Made by a program: the position numbers and the translations under genes
Source: Nemertoderma westbladi
Lineage: Eukaryota; Animalia; Xenacoelomorpha
Direction of reading: 5' to 3'
Length of the DNA: 38,326 nt
NCBI GenBank assembly: GCA_032718475.1
Contig: JAUCBJ010003243.1
Location: 1-38,326, forward strand
Shown here: positions 1 through 11,755 of the stretch, piece after piece
Layout of the letters: each line of letters starts with the position of its first letter
How positions within the stretch are numbered: the stretch's first letter is position 1
The notes under the pieces: model-generated
Seen by the model: only the letters and a program-made list of their open reading frames with translations
What the model was told of the DNA's origin: nothing
Databases searched by the model: none

Positions 1-2
1 GA

Positions 3-360
3 GTCGTTATATAATAAGTTAAGTGCCGTTATATAGTCCGTTGGAATATCGTTATATAGCCAGTAGGAAAGTCGTTATATAATGAGTTAAGTGCCGTTAT
101 ATAGTCCGTTGGAATATCGTTATATAGCCAGTAGGAAAGTCGTTATATAATAAGTTAAGTGCCGTTATATAGTCCGTTGGAATATCGTTATATAGCCAGT
201 AGGAAAGTCGTTATATAATGAGTTAAGTGCCGTTATATAGTCCGTTCGAATATCGTTATATAGCCAGTAGGAAAGTCGTTATATAATGAGTTAAATGCCG
301 TTATATAGTCCGTTGGAATATCGTTATATAGCCAGTAAGGAAAGTCGTTTTATAATGATT
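3..360. repeat. 68-bp tandem minisatellite, ~5 copies (truncated by window start), with internal CGTTATATA sub-repeat
   Basis: GTCGTTATATAAT(A/G)AGTTAAGTGCCGTTATATAGTCCGTTGGAATATCGTTATATAGCCAGTAGGAAA recurs at 3, 71, 139, 207, 275. Confidence 0.95.
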
Positions 361-904
361 TACGTGAGTCCATTGGAAAATCGTGTTTCATATTAATTGG
401 ATCACAAGGGCGTTTATTTTTGGTAAAATAGTTGCCTGTCAGATTATTTTTGAGCATAATGGTAATAACAATAATATATTACTTGAAACTACAACACTGT
501 AACAATTAGATGTTGAGAGTCTAGTACAACTGGGCCCGGATATTTCCATTCATATAGTGCAACCCTTGTCTTTCTGTTTTGAAACACTTAACTTGTTTTT
601 CAGTAATCGAGATTATATAATTAGTTAAAATTGTAATTAAATCTTTCTTATATATTCGGCGAACTCCTGATAAGTGTGTGGGTGGAGGGTCATATTAACA
701 ACACGACTCATATCACCGCCTACCGTTTTTCCATTCATCGCATTATATGTGCTGTATTTCCCGTACATACATTCGCCTCATTGCTTGATATATGCAAAAG
801 CGTAAAATAAAATATAAAAAAGCGTTAAAAGATTATATACTACACTACTACTCTATATACTAATAGCTGCAAACTCAAAATATTATAAGTAAAAAAATGT
901 CAAA

Positions 905-1330
905 CTAAAAAATGTTATGTTTGGTTTGATAATTCTGAAGGTATACGGGTTTTCGATGTCGCTGATCACGATGAAACTTTACACATATTTCTGGTAAAGC
1001 AAACCCATTTTTCGTGCCATTCTGGTGCCCCAGAACGAAAAATACAAATAGCACAAAATTATAAACTGTTAAATTTTGCCTTGGGTTTGGTAATTCTGAA
1101 GCTGTACCGATTTTCAAGGTCGCTGATCACGATACAACTCGTTAAAAATAATTTGTGGTAACGCAACAATCATTTTTGGTGCTTGTCTGGTGGGACGAAA
1201 AATACAAGTTAGCGTAAAATTTCAAACGCCAAAATTGGATTTCTTCGAAATTTTGGTTTGATAATAACGATATTTTTGAGTGTCATGTTCGTGATCAGCA
1301 TCCCATAAAACCTATATAGTCATCAAATTA
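905..1330. mobile_element. Probable degenerate non-autonomous DNA transposon (MITE) interior with direct and inverted subterminal motifs
   Basis: GTCGCTGATCACGAT at ~958 and ~1119 within a ~160-bp duplicated unit, and an inverted copy TCGTGATCAGC at ~1289; termini and TSD not identified. Confidence 0.45.
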
Positions 1331-2139
1331 TTTGGTTTTATTAAGGATTAATAAATCTTGTTTGTAATGCAAAAAATTGATTCAAAATCGAAATACGGCC
1401 ATCGCACAGCACAATATATAGGCCTAATATGTATATGAGATCATCCACTGTGTTCATCCGTGGGAGTTAGTGTGGAGTCCAGTCCCCCCCTTGCCTTGTA
1501 CGTAAAAACAAGAGAAGGAAGCAAGTGAAAGAGTACCCTTAATATTGCCCCCAGTAGTGTTTCATATTCACAAATAAATTTACATTACCCCGAATTATTA
1601 TGAACCCGAATTTGTGGGGCAAAGGGCCTTCCTATTTACATCACAAATCAATATCGCCGTAGTCCGGCTGCCCCATCGATTGCATTAGCTACACTACTGT
1701 CTGGCCAGCAGACATATATTCGCCTCAAGCTCGATATATTGCCTTCTCTAACAATGGCATCGCCGTTCACTCCATATAAACAATTAATGTTCCTACAACT
1801 CGTGTTATAAATTCCATGAGATAATTTTAATCAATATTGATGGTGTCATTTGTTTGATGTTAGCACAACTATTACATGTTAGCAGAACTCTAGTCAATGA
1901 TTTTTGAATGTTCAAGAAGAGGACGCTAAAGGGTTACACGATTTTTTTCCCTCACATTTCAGGTATTGCAAAGTGGCACTTGTGCTAACATTACAAAGAG
2001 TACATGGGGACCCGATCAAAACGTCGGACACATGTCCCTGATCAAATGTCAGCTCAACTTGTTACCACTATTTTTTTGTCACCACAACTGCCATTTTTGA
2101 TAGCCAAATGTTAGCACAACTGCCAGTTGGATATTCCTC

Positions 2140-2275
2140 TCCCCCTCACTCACCCCCTCATTCCCTCACTCCCTCACTTCCTCACTCCCTCTCTCTCTCA
2201 CTCACTCACTCCGAACACCCCCCCCCCCCTCCCCAATGAAACAGAGTAACTTACACCCCCCCCCCCCCCTCCCCA
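2140..2275. repeat. (CCCTCACT)n-like microsatellite and poly-C tracts
   Basis: Direct reading of the sequence. Confidence 0.8.
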
Positions 2276-3902
2276 TAGCTTTCTTATATTAATATGTTAT
2301 TAATATTTACATAATTTCTTTATTATGACTAAATATAAATAACTGGGACACAATCCAATTAAATCGCATCAATTAAACCGAATAATTACAAATAATTAAT
2401 ATAAAGGAATAGGGTTAGCTCACAATAATGATCCTTCAATAATTACAACAGCTGAAAATCTGATTTGGTTTCATGTCAGTGTTTCATATAGGAATGTAAG
2501 TATATAGAGAAGGAACCCTGTGTATCCAATACAGACCCCCCTGGGTTTACTGAACAAGTCTGTAACCAATCCACTGATCGCTGTAATTAATTAATGCTAA
2601 ATATATCCTTTATAAGGATATAAATAGCTGAACTGGTGTTTTTGGGTGCAGAATGGAGTGCGATTGTCCAAACAGAGTTGATAGTTTAGTAACACGGACG
2701 GACGTACAATGACATAGGGTTGTCGGGTAACTTTAGGGAAACCACAACCAGCCACAGTGGGACCGAGATAATTAGAATAGATTAGATAAACATATAACAT
2801 TATAGTAGTTCTGAATGGGAACCAACTCCGTTACACTCATTGTAAACCAATGTATTATTGGTTAAAGAACCGATTGGTTAATAATATAACCAATGGGAAC
2901 CTCTGAGTTATAATTAAAACGTTTTATTAGTAGATGGTCCAGGTTTGTGTCTACCAAAGGGACACGTAGGAGATACACAGGTATTACGAATACACAATAC
3001 AGATAATATGGGAATAATATCGACCAAGAACGAATTAAAATGGAAATAAATTGAAAGAAATTTATATCATTATTGTATTTACATCTGATATAAATTAATT
3101 ATTTTATATCTAATTTTAGCAAACATTGCGAGCTCTCCCTATGGAAAATACTAATAAATCTTTGTTATTATTTTTTATATAAATAGAGTTAGAAAATTCC
3201 ATAAATTAAAATTAATACAAAATACTCTAAATTATTTTTTGTAACTAAATGTAATATTCTGTAAGATACGGAATTGAACTGATGTTATTCAATCATTTGA
3301 TCTGATCTTCAATGGAATAATTAGGACAGTTTGACGTTCCAACATCTGAACTTCTTTCTGTAGAGGGTTGGATTACTTTATTAGGATTTCTTTTTTGATT
3401 CGCGGTTATTCTGTAAATAAAGAAATAATATAATAATATGTGATGGGATCCGAGTTGGCGTGGGATCCCGACCGGGTAAATCTCTTGTCGTGTTTCCTAC
3501 GCATCGCCGTGTTTATGATGACTATGAAGGCTGAAGGCCGTAGGCTGGTAAAATGCAAGAGTTATTGGTTTATCGTTGTTAATAATAGCTGATAAATATA
3601 TAAGTACCAGTAGACAAATTACAGCACAATCAATAGAAGATACCTCGACGGTGGTATACCGTCCGACATCCACAGTAATTAATAGCCAACTGAACACAGT
3701 TAATATTGTCCAACAGATATATGGAAACTATGGGGAAACTTATTACACAGTCCTACCTACATGGCGACTGACCAAAGGATACACGTTATACTTGCCAGCT
3801 GCCCCCCCCCCCCTCCCCCCCATTGGTTGGTTTTTCCCCCACTTCTGTCACCCCATGTTCCCTCAGCCATTGCATCACCTCATATTCCTTGGTCCTCGAT
3901 AT

Positions 3903-4940
3903 ACACAACTGTTGTCGAACCATCGTATACTGATCTGATTGATGCAATAATTTCATCAGGAATCCCATATAATGAAAGTATGCTGAACATACATAGGCGA
4001 GAGACTGAATCAACGGCCTTGAAGAAGTCAACAAAGATAACAGCCAGATGCCTGTCTTCTCTTTGCAGCAGCCTTCACTTCTACAAAGGAGATATCGCCA
4101 ATGGGAATATCTGGGAGTACAGACTCAGACACTTTTACTTCTATAAAGTTATCAGGCAATACCCTGTCATTATTGAGGAGCTTTTCAAAGTGGGCCTTCC
4201 AACCATTGAGGCGATCAGCTTGTGATTCATCCTTAACCTTGGTGGTTGGTTGGCTTTTCCGCCCAGTAAACAAGTTGATCAATTTTTATGCCTGGGATGA
4301 TTGCCTGCTGTTGTCAGAATCATTGATGGCATCAACCTGTTGGTTTATTAGCTCCTGCAGATTAAGAGAGTACTGCCTGTTCGGGGATCTAGATGCAGCC
4401 TCAACTGCATTCTTGGCCGCTGTTGTCTGTTTGAGTTGGGACTCTTTCGGCGCCTTATAGAGGTCATTTCGGCACTTCTGAATTTTGTGGTCAGTCCAGG
4501 GGGCCCTTTTCCTGTTTCGAGGGTATACAGCAACTTTTTATGCAGCTGCTAACTTAACTGCTTCTGTGTAGGCAGTATAGCCCTCACAGTGATCTGCCGC
4601 CTCAGAGGAAAGAACCTCATACCTGTTGCTCAGCTGTAGTGTGAAGCTGTATCTCACACTTGGCTGTAACAACAGAGAGGACCAGTCATGCCGCGGCAAG
4701 GCAGATTTCGTTGTTCTGCTAGCACGCATACTAAGTCTTACCTTAGCCACAATAAGGCGGTGATCACTGGAGAAGGGTCGAAGTGTAAAAGCATTACAGT
4801 CTTGTATAGAGCTCCTTTATTTCCTACGAAACAGAAAATGGCCTATCAGGGACTTGTGACCACTGGGTCCACTATGAGTCCATAGCTTTCCGGTTCCCTT
4901 TTGAACTAGGTTCCAGCCGAAACAATCCTTTTGCAGAGAT
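3903..4940 (-). pseudogene. Degenerate RTE-clade LINE fragment (end of AP endonuclease, linker, internally deleted RT); same family as 33525-35180
   Basis: 3911-4056 matches 34564-34710 and ~4058-4160 matches 35080-35181 nearly base for base. Upstream reads KLWTHSGPSG..HKSLIGHFLFRRK*..SDHRLIVAKVRLSMR, typical of the APE endonuclease C-terminus. Stops and frameshifts present. Confidence 0.88.
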
Positions 4941-5489
4941 AATATCCTGAAGATGGACAGAATTTCGGTTAACACTATCGCTATAGACCCTCGGTCCAGT
5001 TCGCCACACTTTCGATCAGTTCGGTTCAGTTCGGCCCAGATTCGTGTTCGCGTGCTATCCAACTAACAGCTTAGCTTAACAAACTCTGTGCAACTTAATA
5101 AACACTAACTAGTCTGCTGTTGTTATTTAATAGAAGAAACCAATACCGGTGCTGTACCATTATAAAGATGTAAGTAAAAAAGTCAGTGTTTATTTTATGA
5201 ATGGATGCTACACTTACTTTAATGTTTATTGAGATAGTGGCGACCAACTGGAGTTTGTAAATGGCGAATCATCTTAAGTTACACGAAATAGCTCAGTTCC
5301 TTCGTTAAATTTATTAAATTGTGTTTCTTTTTGCGGTTAAATTCTTAATCTATAAATAAATAAGGAATAATAAAATGTCATTTTAACAGAAAAATGAAAC
5401 ATTAATGATAAACATAACATCTGGAGACAACAATATGACAATACGAACATCAACAATATGACATATAACACATTGATCAACCACACAAC

Positions 5490-7140
5490 CCCCCGTGAAT
5501 GCAGATTAAGATTCAGTGGGCTCTGCTGGAGAAGTAAACATGAGGTCTTAACCCTATTACCACTGGGGTGTTTTGACTATTAGCACCACTGGGGGGGGGG
5601 GGGGGGGGGGGGCGATTCGGCCCACCCACTATATTTTTGTAGTCGTCCAATGAAATCCTACATACAAAATAAATACTAAATTTATAAAAAAATACTAAAT
5701 ACAACTATAGATGAACACTACCAAACCTTAAAAAGTTAAAATTTCATAAGCAGGGACTCATAATTTTGATGAAAAATAAAAGTAGTCCCAGGACAAAATT
5801 ACAAAATTTTTCATTTTCTAAAAACTATTAGTGTGGCAGTGTTGGCTAGATTTAGTAGGTTTTTCAAGACGCTGAATCGAATGTGATTATATTCCACTTC
5901 CAAAAAATTGAAGTGGATGCTATTTTTCGTGCACCTAAGAAGTGGGCGTGGCACTTCAAATTTTGAAAAATTTGATATTCAGAAAATGCCCCTAATTTTT
6001 TTATTTCAACGCATCTTTATGGGTTTTCTGGGCCGCTGAATCGATCATAAGTAATATAGAAGCCTGAAGACTGAGTGGTTCGCCATTTTTGGTGCACCAA
6101 AATTAGGGCGTGGCACTTCAAATTTTGAAAAATACGAGATTCGGAAAATAAACCAAAATTGAAATTTTAACGAATTTATATAGGTTTTCCAGACCGCTGA
6201 ATCGATTGAAAGTAATATAGAAGCCTGAAGACTTAGAAGTTAGCCATTTTTTGAAATCAAAACTTTAGTGTTTTTTCCGAATAAAGAAATTTTGAAAATT
6301 TGAAGTGCCACGCCCTAATTTTGGTGCCCCGAAAATTATGTACACAAAGGATTTGAGGCTTCTATATTACTTTCAATCGATTCAGCGCTCCAGAAAACCT
6401 ATAAAATTAATTTGAAATCAAAACTTTAGTGAATTTTCCGAATCTCGTATTTTTCAAAATTTGAAGTGCCACGCCCTAATTTTGGTGCACCAAAAATGGC
6501 GAACCACTAAGTCTTCAGGCTTCTATATTACTTTCAATCGATTCAGCGCTCCAGAAAACCTATAAAAATGCTTTGCAAATCAAAACTTTAGTGTATTTTC
6601 CGAATCTCGTATATTTCAAAATTTGAAGTGCCACGCCCTAATTTTGGTGCTCCAAAAATGACGTACCACTACACTTACATACTTGTATAGAGCATTAGAG
6701 TGATCCAAACCATTAAAAATAAATAAAAATAGCCCAAACATAAATAATTACTAAATCACGAATGACTTTGTAAAATTCGAAAATTTCAAAAAATTTGGTG
6801 CTGGAGACCACATTTTGAGGTGGCACCCACATCGAAAAGTAGAAATCCAATTGCAACGGCGTTTTTTGCAAAAGATGCGGCATTAAATTTGGCTAATTCT
6901 CACAAAAACTTGGGCCGGTACGTAATGTGGTTGCATAGTTACAGCAACTAAAAACTAGGAAGGGGCCGATTCGCCCCCCCCCCCCCCCCCCCCCAGTGGT
7001 AATAGGGTTAATACCAGATCTGCTTTTCTGGCAACCATTACAAGGAAAGTGTATGCGTGGACGACCGGCTATAACAAATAAAGACCAACTTGAAAGGGAT
7101 ACTGAACTTGAGAGAAACGAATTTGCGACAACTATGAAAA
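5490..7140 (+). pseudogene. Old RTE LINE 3'-end fragment, split by the piggyBac insertion
   Basis: Joining 5490-5551 to 7012-7140 gives RLRFSGLCWRSKHEVLIPDLLFWQPLQGKCMRGRPAITNKDQLERDTEL, which aligns with the RTE C-terminus in this window (RLRFAGQCFRREDQPVHNLVLWQPHG..GGQP.T..LKDTGL). Confidence 0.8.
5552..7007. mobile_element. Non-autonomous piggyBac-type DNA transposon (1456 bp)
   Basis: TTAA TSD at 5548-5551 and 7008-7011; perfect 17-bp TIR CCCTATTACCACTGGGG / CCCCAGTGGTAATAGGG with CCC termini; no transposase ORF; interior built of ~161-bp units in two opposed orientations. Confidence 0.93.
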
Positions 7141-7420
7141 AATCTCATTTCAACTGTCCAGTCCATTCTCTCTCGTCCTAGTAGTATGTATTAGTGACAT
7201 AGTCTAGTCTACTCATGGTTTAGTTTCATTTAATTTATATAACTGTGACATGCAATATACTATATATCTAGTATATCATAGTTTAATGTATAGAAATATG
7301 TTTATTGACGAATGTTCGATGATAGGTTTGCACTGTGACCAAGCAAAGGCAAAAAAATCATATAATTATTACTTACCAGTAATTAAGATCCAGTTCAGTT
7401 GCCAAATCTTATAACTCCAA

Positions 7421-10400
7421 TGGTTTAGTGGACAGAGTTTATGGTTCCGATGGTTTAGTGGACAGAGTTTATGGTTCGGATGGGTTGGTGGATAGAGGTT
7501 ATGGTTCGGATGGGTTGGTGGATAGAGTTTATGGTTACGATGGGTTAGTGGATAGAGTTTATAGTTGCGATGGGTAGGTGGATAGAGGTTATAGTTCCGA
7601 TGGGTTGGTGGATAGAGTTTATGGTTCCGATTGGATACTGGATAGAGTATATGGTTCCGATGGGTTGGTGGATTGAGGTTATGGTTCCGATGGGTTGGTG
7701 GATAGAGTTTATGGTTCCGATGGGTTGGTTGATAGAGTTTATGGTTCCGATGGGTTGGTGTATATAGTTTATGGTTCCGATTGGATACTGGATAGAGTAT
7801 ATGGTTCCGATGGGTTGGTGGATTGAGGTTATGGTTCCGATGGGTTGGTGGATAGAGTTTATGGTTCCGATGGGTTGGTTGATAGAGTTTATGGTTCCGA
7901 TGGGTTGGTGTATATAGTTTATGGTTCCAATGGGTTGGTTGATAGAGTTTATGGTTCCAATGGGTCACTGGATAGAGTTTATGATTCCGATGGGTTAGTG
8001 GATAGAGTTTATAGTTGCGATGGGTAGGTGGATAGAGTTTAGGGTTCCGATGGGATGGTGAATAGAATTTATGGTTCCAATGGGTTGGTGGATACAGATT
8101 ATGGTTCCGATGGGTTGGTGGATGTAGTTTATGGTTCCGATGGGTTGGTGAATAGAGTTTATGGTTCTGATGGGTTGGTGAATAGAGTTTAGGGTTCCGA
8201 TGGGTAACTGGATAGAGTTTATGGTTCCGATGGATTACTGGAAAGAGTTTATGAGTCTGATGGGTTGGTGGATAGAGGTTATGGTTCCGATGGGTTGGTG
8301 AATAGAGTTTATGGTTCCGATGGGTTGGTGGAGAGAGTTTATGGTTCCGAAGGATTGGAGAATAGAGTTTATGGTTCTGTTGGGTTGGTGAATAGAGTTT
8401 AAGGTTCCGATGGGTAACTGGATAGAGTTTATGGTTCTGATGGGTTGGTGGATAGAGTTTAGGGTTCCGATGGGTTACTGGATAGAGTTTATGGTTCCGA
8501 TGGGTTGCTGGATAGTGTTTATGGTTCTGATGGGTTGGTGGATAGAGTTTAAGGTTCCGATGGGTTGGTGAATAGAGTTTATGTTTCGTTGTGTTGGTGA
8601 AAAGAGTTTATGGTTCCGATGTGTCACTGGATAGAGTTTATGATTCCGATGGGTTGGTGAATAGAGTTTATGGTTCCGATGGGTCACTGGATAGAGTTTA
8701 TGGTTCCGATGGGTTGGTGAATAGAGTTTATGGTTCTGATGGGTTGGTGGATAGAGTTTATGGTTCCGATGGGTTACTGGATATAGTTTATGGTTCTGAT
8801 GGGTTGGTGAATAGAGTTTATGTTTCGTTGTGTTGGTGAAAAGAGTTTATGGTTCCGATGGGTCACTGGATAGAGTTTATGATTCCGATGGTTTGGTGGA
8901 TATAGTTTATGGTTCCGATGGGTCGGTGGATATAGTTTATGGTTCCGATGGGTTGGTGAATAGAGTTTTTGTTTCTGATGGGTTGGTGGATATAGTTTAT
9001 TGTTCCGATAGGTTACTGGATAGAATTTATGATTCCGTTGTGTTGGTGAATAGAGTTTATGGTTCCGATGGGTTGGTGGATAGAGTTTATGGTTCTGATG
9101 GGTTACTGGATAGAGTTTAGGGTTCCGATGGGTTACTGGATAGAGTTTATGGTTCCGATGGGTTACTGGATAGAGTTTATGGTTCCGATGGGTTGGTGAA
9201 TAGACTTTCTGGTTCTGATGGGTTGGTTGATAGAGTTTATGGTTCCGATGGGTTACTGGATAGAGCTTATGGTTCCGATGGATTGGTGAATAGAGTTTAT
9301 GATTCTGAAGGGTTGGTGGATAGAATTTAGGGTTCCGATGGGTTGGTGAATAGAGTTTATGGTTCCAATGGGTTGGTGGATACAGATTATGGTTCCGATG
9401 GGTTGGTGGATAGAGTTTATGGTTCCGATGGGTTGGTGGATAGAGTTTATGGTTCCGATGGGTTGGTGGATAGAGTTTATGGTTCCGATGTGTTGGTGGA
9501 TAGAGTTTATGGTTCCGATGGGTTGGTGGATAGAGTTTATGGTTCCGATGGGTTGGTGGATCGAGTTTATGGTTCCGATGTGTTGGTGGATAGAGTTTAT
9601 GGTTCCGATGGGTTGGTGGATAGAGTTTATGGTTCCGATGGTTTGGTGGATAGAGTTTATGGTTCCGATGGGTTGGTGGATAGAGTTTATGGTTCCGATG
9701 GGTTAGTGGATATAGCTTATGGTTCCGATGGGTTGGTGGATAGAGTTTATGGTTCCGATGTGTTGGTGGATAGAGTTTATGGTTCCGATGGGTTGGTGGA
9801 TAGAGTTTATGGTTCCGATGGGTTGGTGGATTAGAGTTTTTGGTCTCGATGTGTTGGTGGATAGAGTTTATGGTTCCGATGGGTTGGTGGATAGAGTTTA
9901 TGGTTCCGATGGGTTGGTGGATAGAGTTTATGGTTCCGATGGGTTGGTTGATAGAGGTTATCGTTCCGATGGGTTGGTGGATAGAGTTTATGGTTCCGAT
10001 GGGTTGGTGGATAGAGTTTATGGTTCCGATGGGTTGGTGGATAGAGTTTATGGTTCCGATGGGTTGGTGGATAGAGTTTGTGGTTCCGATGGGTTGGTGG
10101 ATAGAGTTTGTGGTTCCGAAGGGTTGGTGGATAGAGTTTATGGTTCCGATGGTTTGGTGGATAGAGTTTATGGTTCCGATGGGTTGGTGGATAGAGTTTA
10201 TGGTTCCGATGGGTTGGTGGATAGAGTTTATGGTTCCGATGGGTTGGTGGATAGAGTTTATAGTTCCGATGGGTTGGTGGATAGAGTTTATGGTTCCGAT
10301 GGGTTGGTGGATAGAGTTTAGGGTTCCGATGTGTTGGTGGATAGAGTTTATGGTTCCGATGGGTTGGTGGATAGAGTTTATGGTTCCGATGGGTTGGTGG

Positions 10401-10980
10401 ATAGAGTTTAGGGTTTCGATGTGTTCGTGGATAGAGTTTATGGTTCCGATGGGTTGGTGGATAGAGTTTATGGTTCCGATGGGTTGGTGGATAGAGTTTA
10501 TGGTTCCGATGGGTTGGTGGATAGAGTTTATGGTTCCGATGGGTTGGTGGATATAGTTTATGGTTCTGATGGGTTGGTGGATAGAGTTTATGGTTCCGAT
10601 GGGTTGGTGGATAGAGTTTATGGTTCCGATGGGTTGGTGGATAGGGTTTATGGTTCCGATGGGTTGGTGGATAGAGTTTATTGTTTCGATGGGTTGGTGG
10701 ATAGAGTTTATGGTTCCGATGGGTTGGTGGATAGAGTTTATGGTTCCGATGGGTTGGTGGATGGAGTGTATGGTTCCGATGGGTTGGTGGATAGAGTTTA
10801 GGGTTCCGATGTGTTGGTGGATAGAGTTTATGGTTCCCATTGGTTGATGGATAGAGTTTATGGTTCCGATGGGTTGGTGGGTAGAGTTTATGGTTCCGAT
10901 GGGTTGGTGGATAGAGTTTATGGTTCCGATGGGTTGGTGGATAGAGTTTAGGGTTCCGATGGGTTACTGGATAGAGTTTG
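7421..10980. repeat. 30-bp tandem minisatellite, ~119 copies, consensus ATGGTTCCGATGGGTTGGTGGATAGAGTTT
   Basis: Direct reading; 1-bp phase shifts near 8590, 8830 and 9831; the long ORFs in the track here are repeat by-products. Confidence 0.97.
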
Positions 10981-11755
10981 TGTGCTCTACCTATAAAATA
11001 AGTAGAAATAATATAATTTATTAATAATGTATTCAAAATAACGGTAATACCAGATACATTTTGAGACCCCGACTGTAGGATATATTCCATGTAACAATTT
11101 ATTACTAACTTATTCTGAAGTTTTCGATAATTATGTTCCAAGTAATTTGGTTCCAACATCTCCGTTAAGCCACTAATATTTTAGTTCCAGTAGATTCCAG
11201 GATTGTGTTTCCAGATTTCCTGGTTTCCCAGACTACGTCGAATATCTAATAGGAACAAATCATGTCGGTTCATTACAGTCCAGAATCGGGGTTATCATAT
11301 CGGTTCGGCGATACTAAAAGATTTCAAGTTATCTGTTTTATAATTTAGGCTTTTGTTTGATTTGGTTCAGAGCCTGACAGTTTACTGGCTTGCGATTCCG
11401 AGATCAGGAGATATTCGTATTTCCATCTATAAAAGAGAAAACTTAATAAAATAATTATTAAACTTTAACTTGAATGTATATTTACCATAATATAATAGAA
11501 ATTGCACTAAATTTTATATATTTAATATAGTAGATAGATGGTGGGTCGGACACGAATAGCTATAAAATGCTAGTAGAAATTGTGTGTCCGGCCCTGACTG
11601 GCATTATAAGTAAAAAATAAGTATGAAATATTATCCTTACCATTCTTGGTAAATAATATTATTATGGGATATATTCCAATAATATCCAAAACATTATTTA
11701 TATCTGGTTGGTAACAAAATTAAACAGAGAAAATTGTATATAATTATTTTTATAT

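Noticed and set aside
2516-2982. MITE bounded by CCTGTGTATC / GATACACAGG
   Set aside because: Only a 10-bp inverted match with no convincing TSD; not enough to call.
7377-10990. Non-standard genetic code (TAA/TAG = Gln) suggested by TAA/CAA interchange in the repeat
   Set aside because: The 1117-aa ROCO, 1436-aa Gag and 536-aa RT frames contain many Gln codons and no internal TAA/TAG, so the standard code applies.
7369-11159. Long ORFs (688, 442, 238 aa etc.) as real proteins
   Set aside because: They arise from a 30-bp repeat open in several frames on both strands and switch frame at 1-bp indels.
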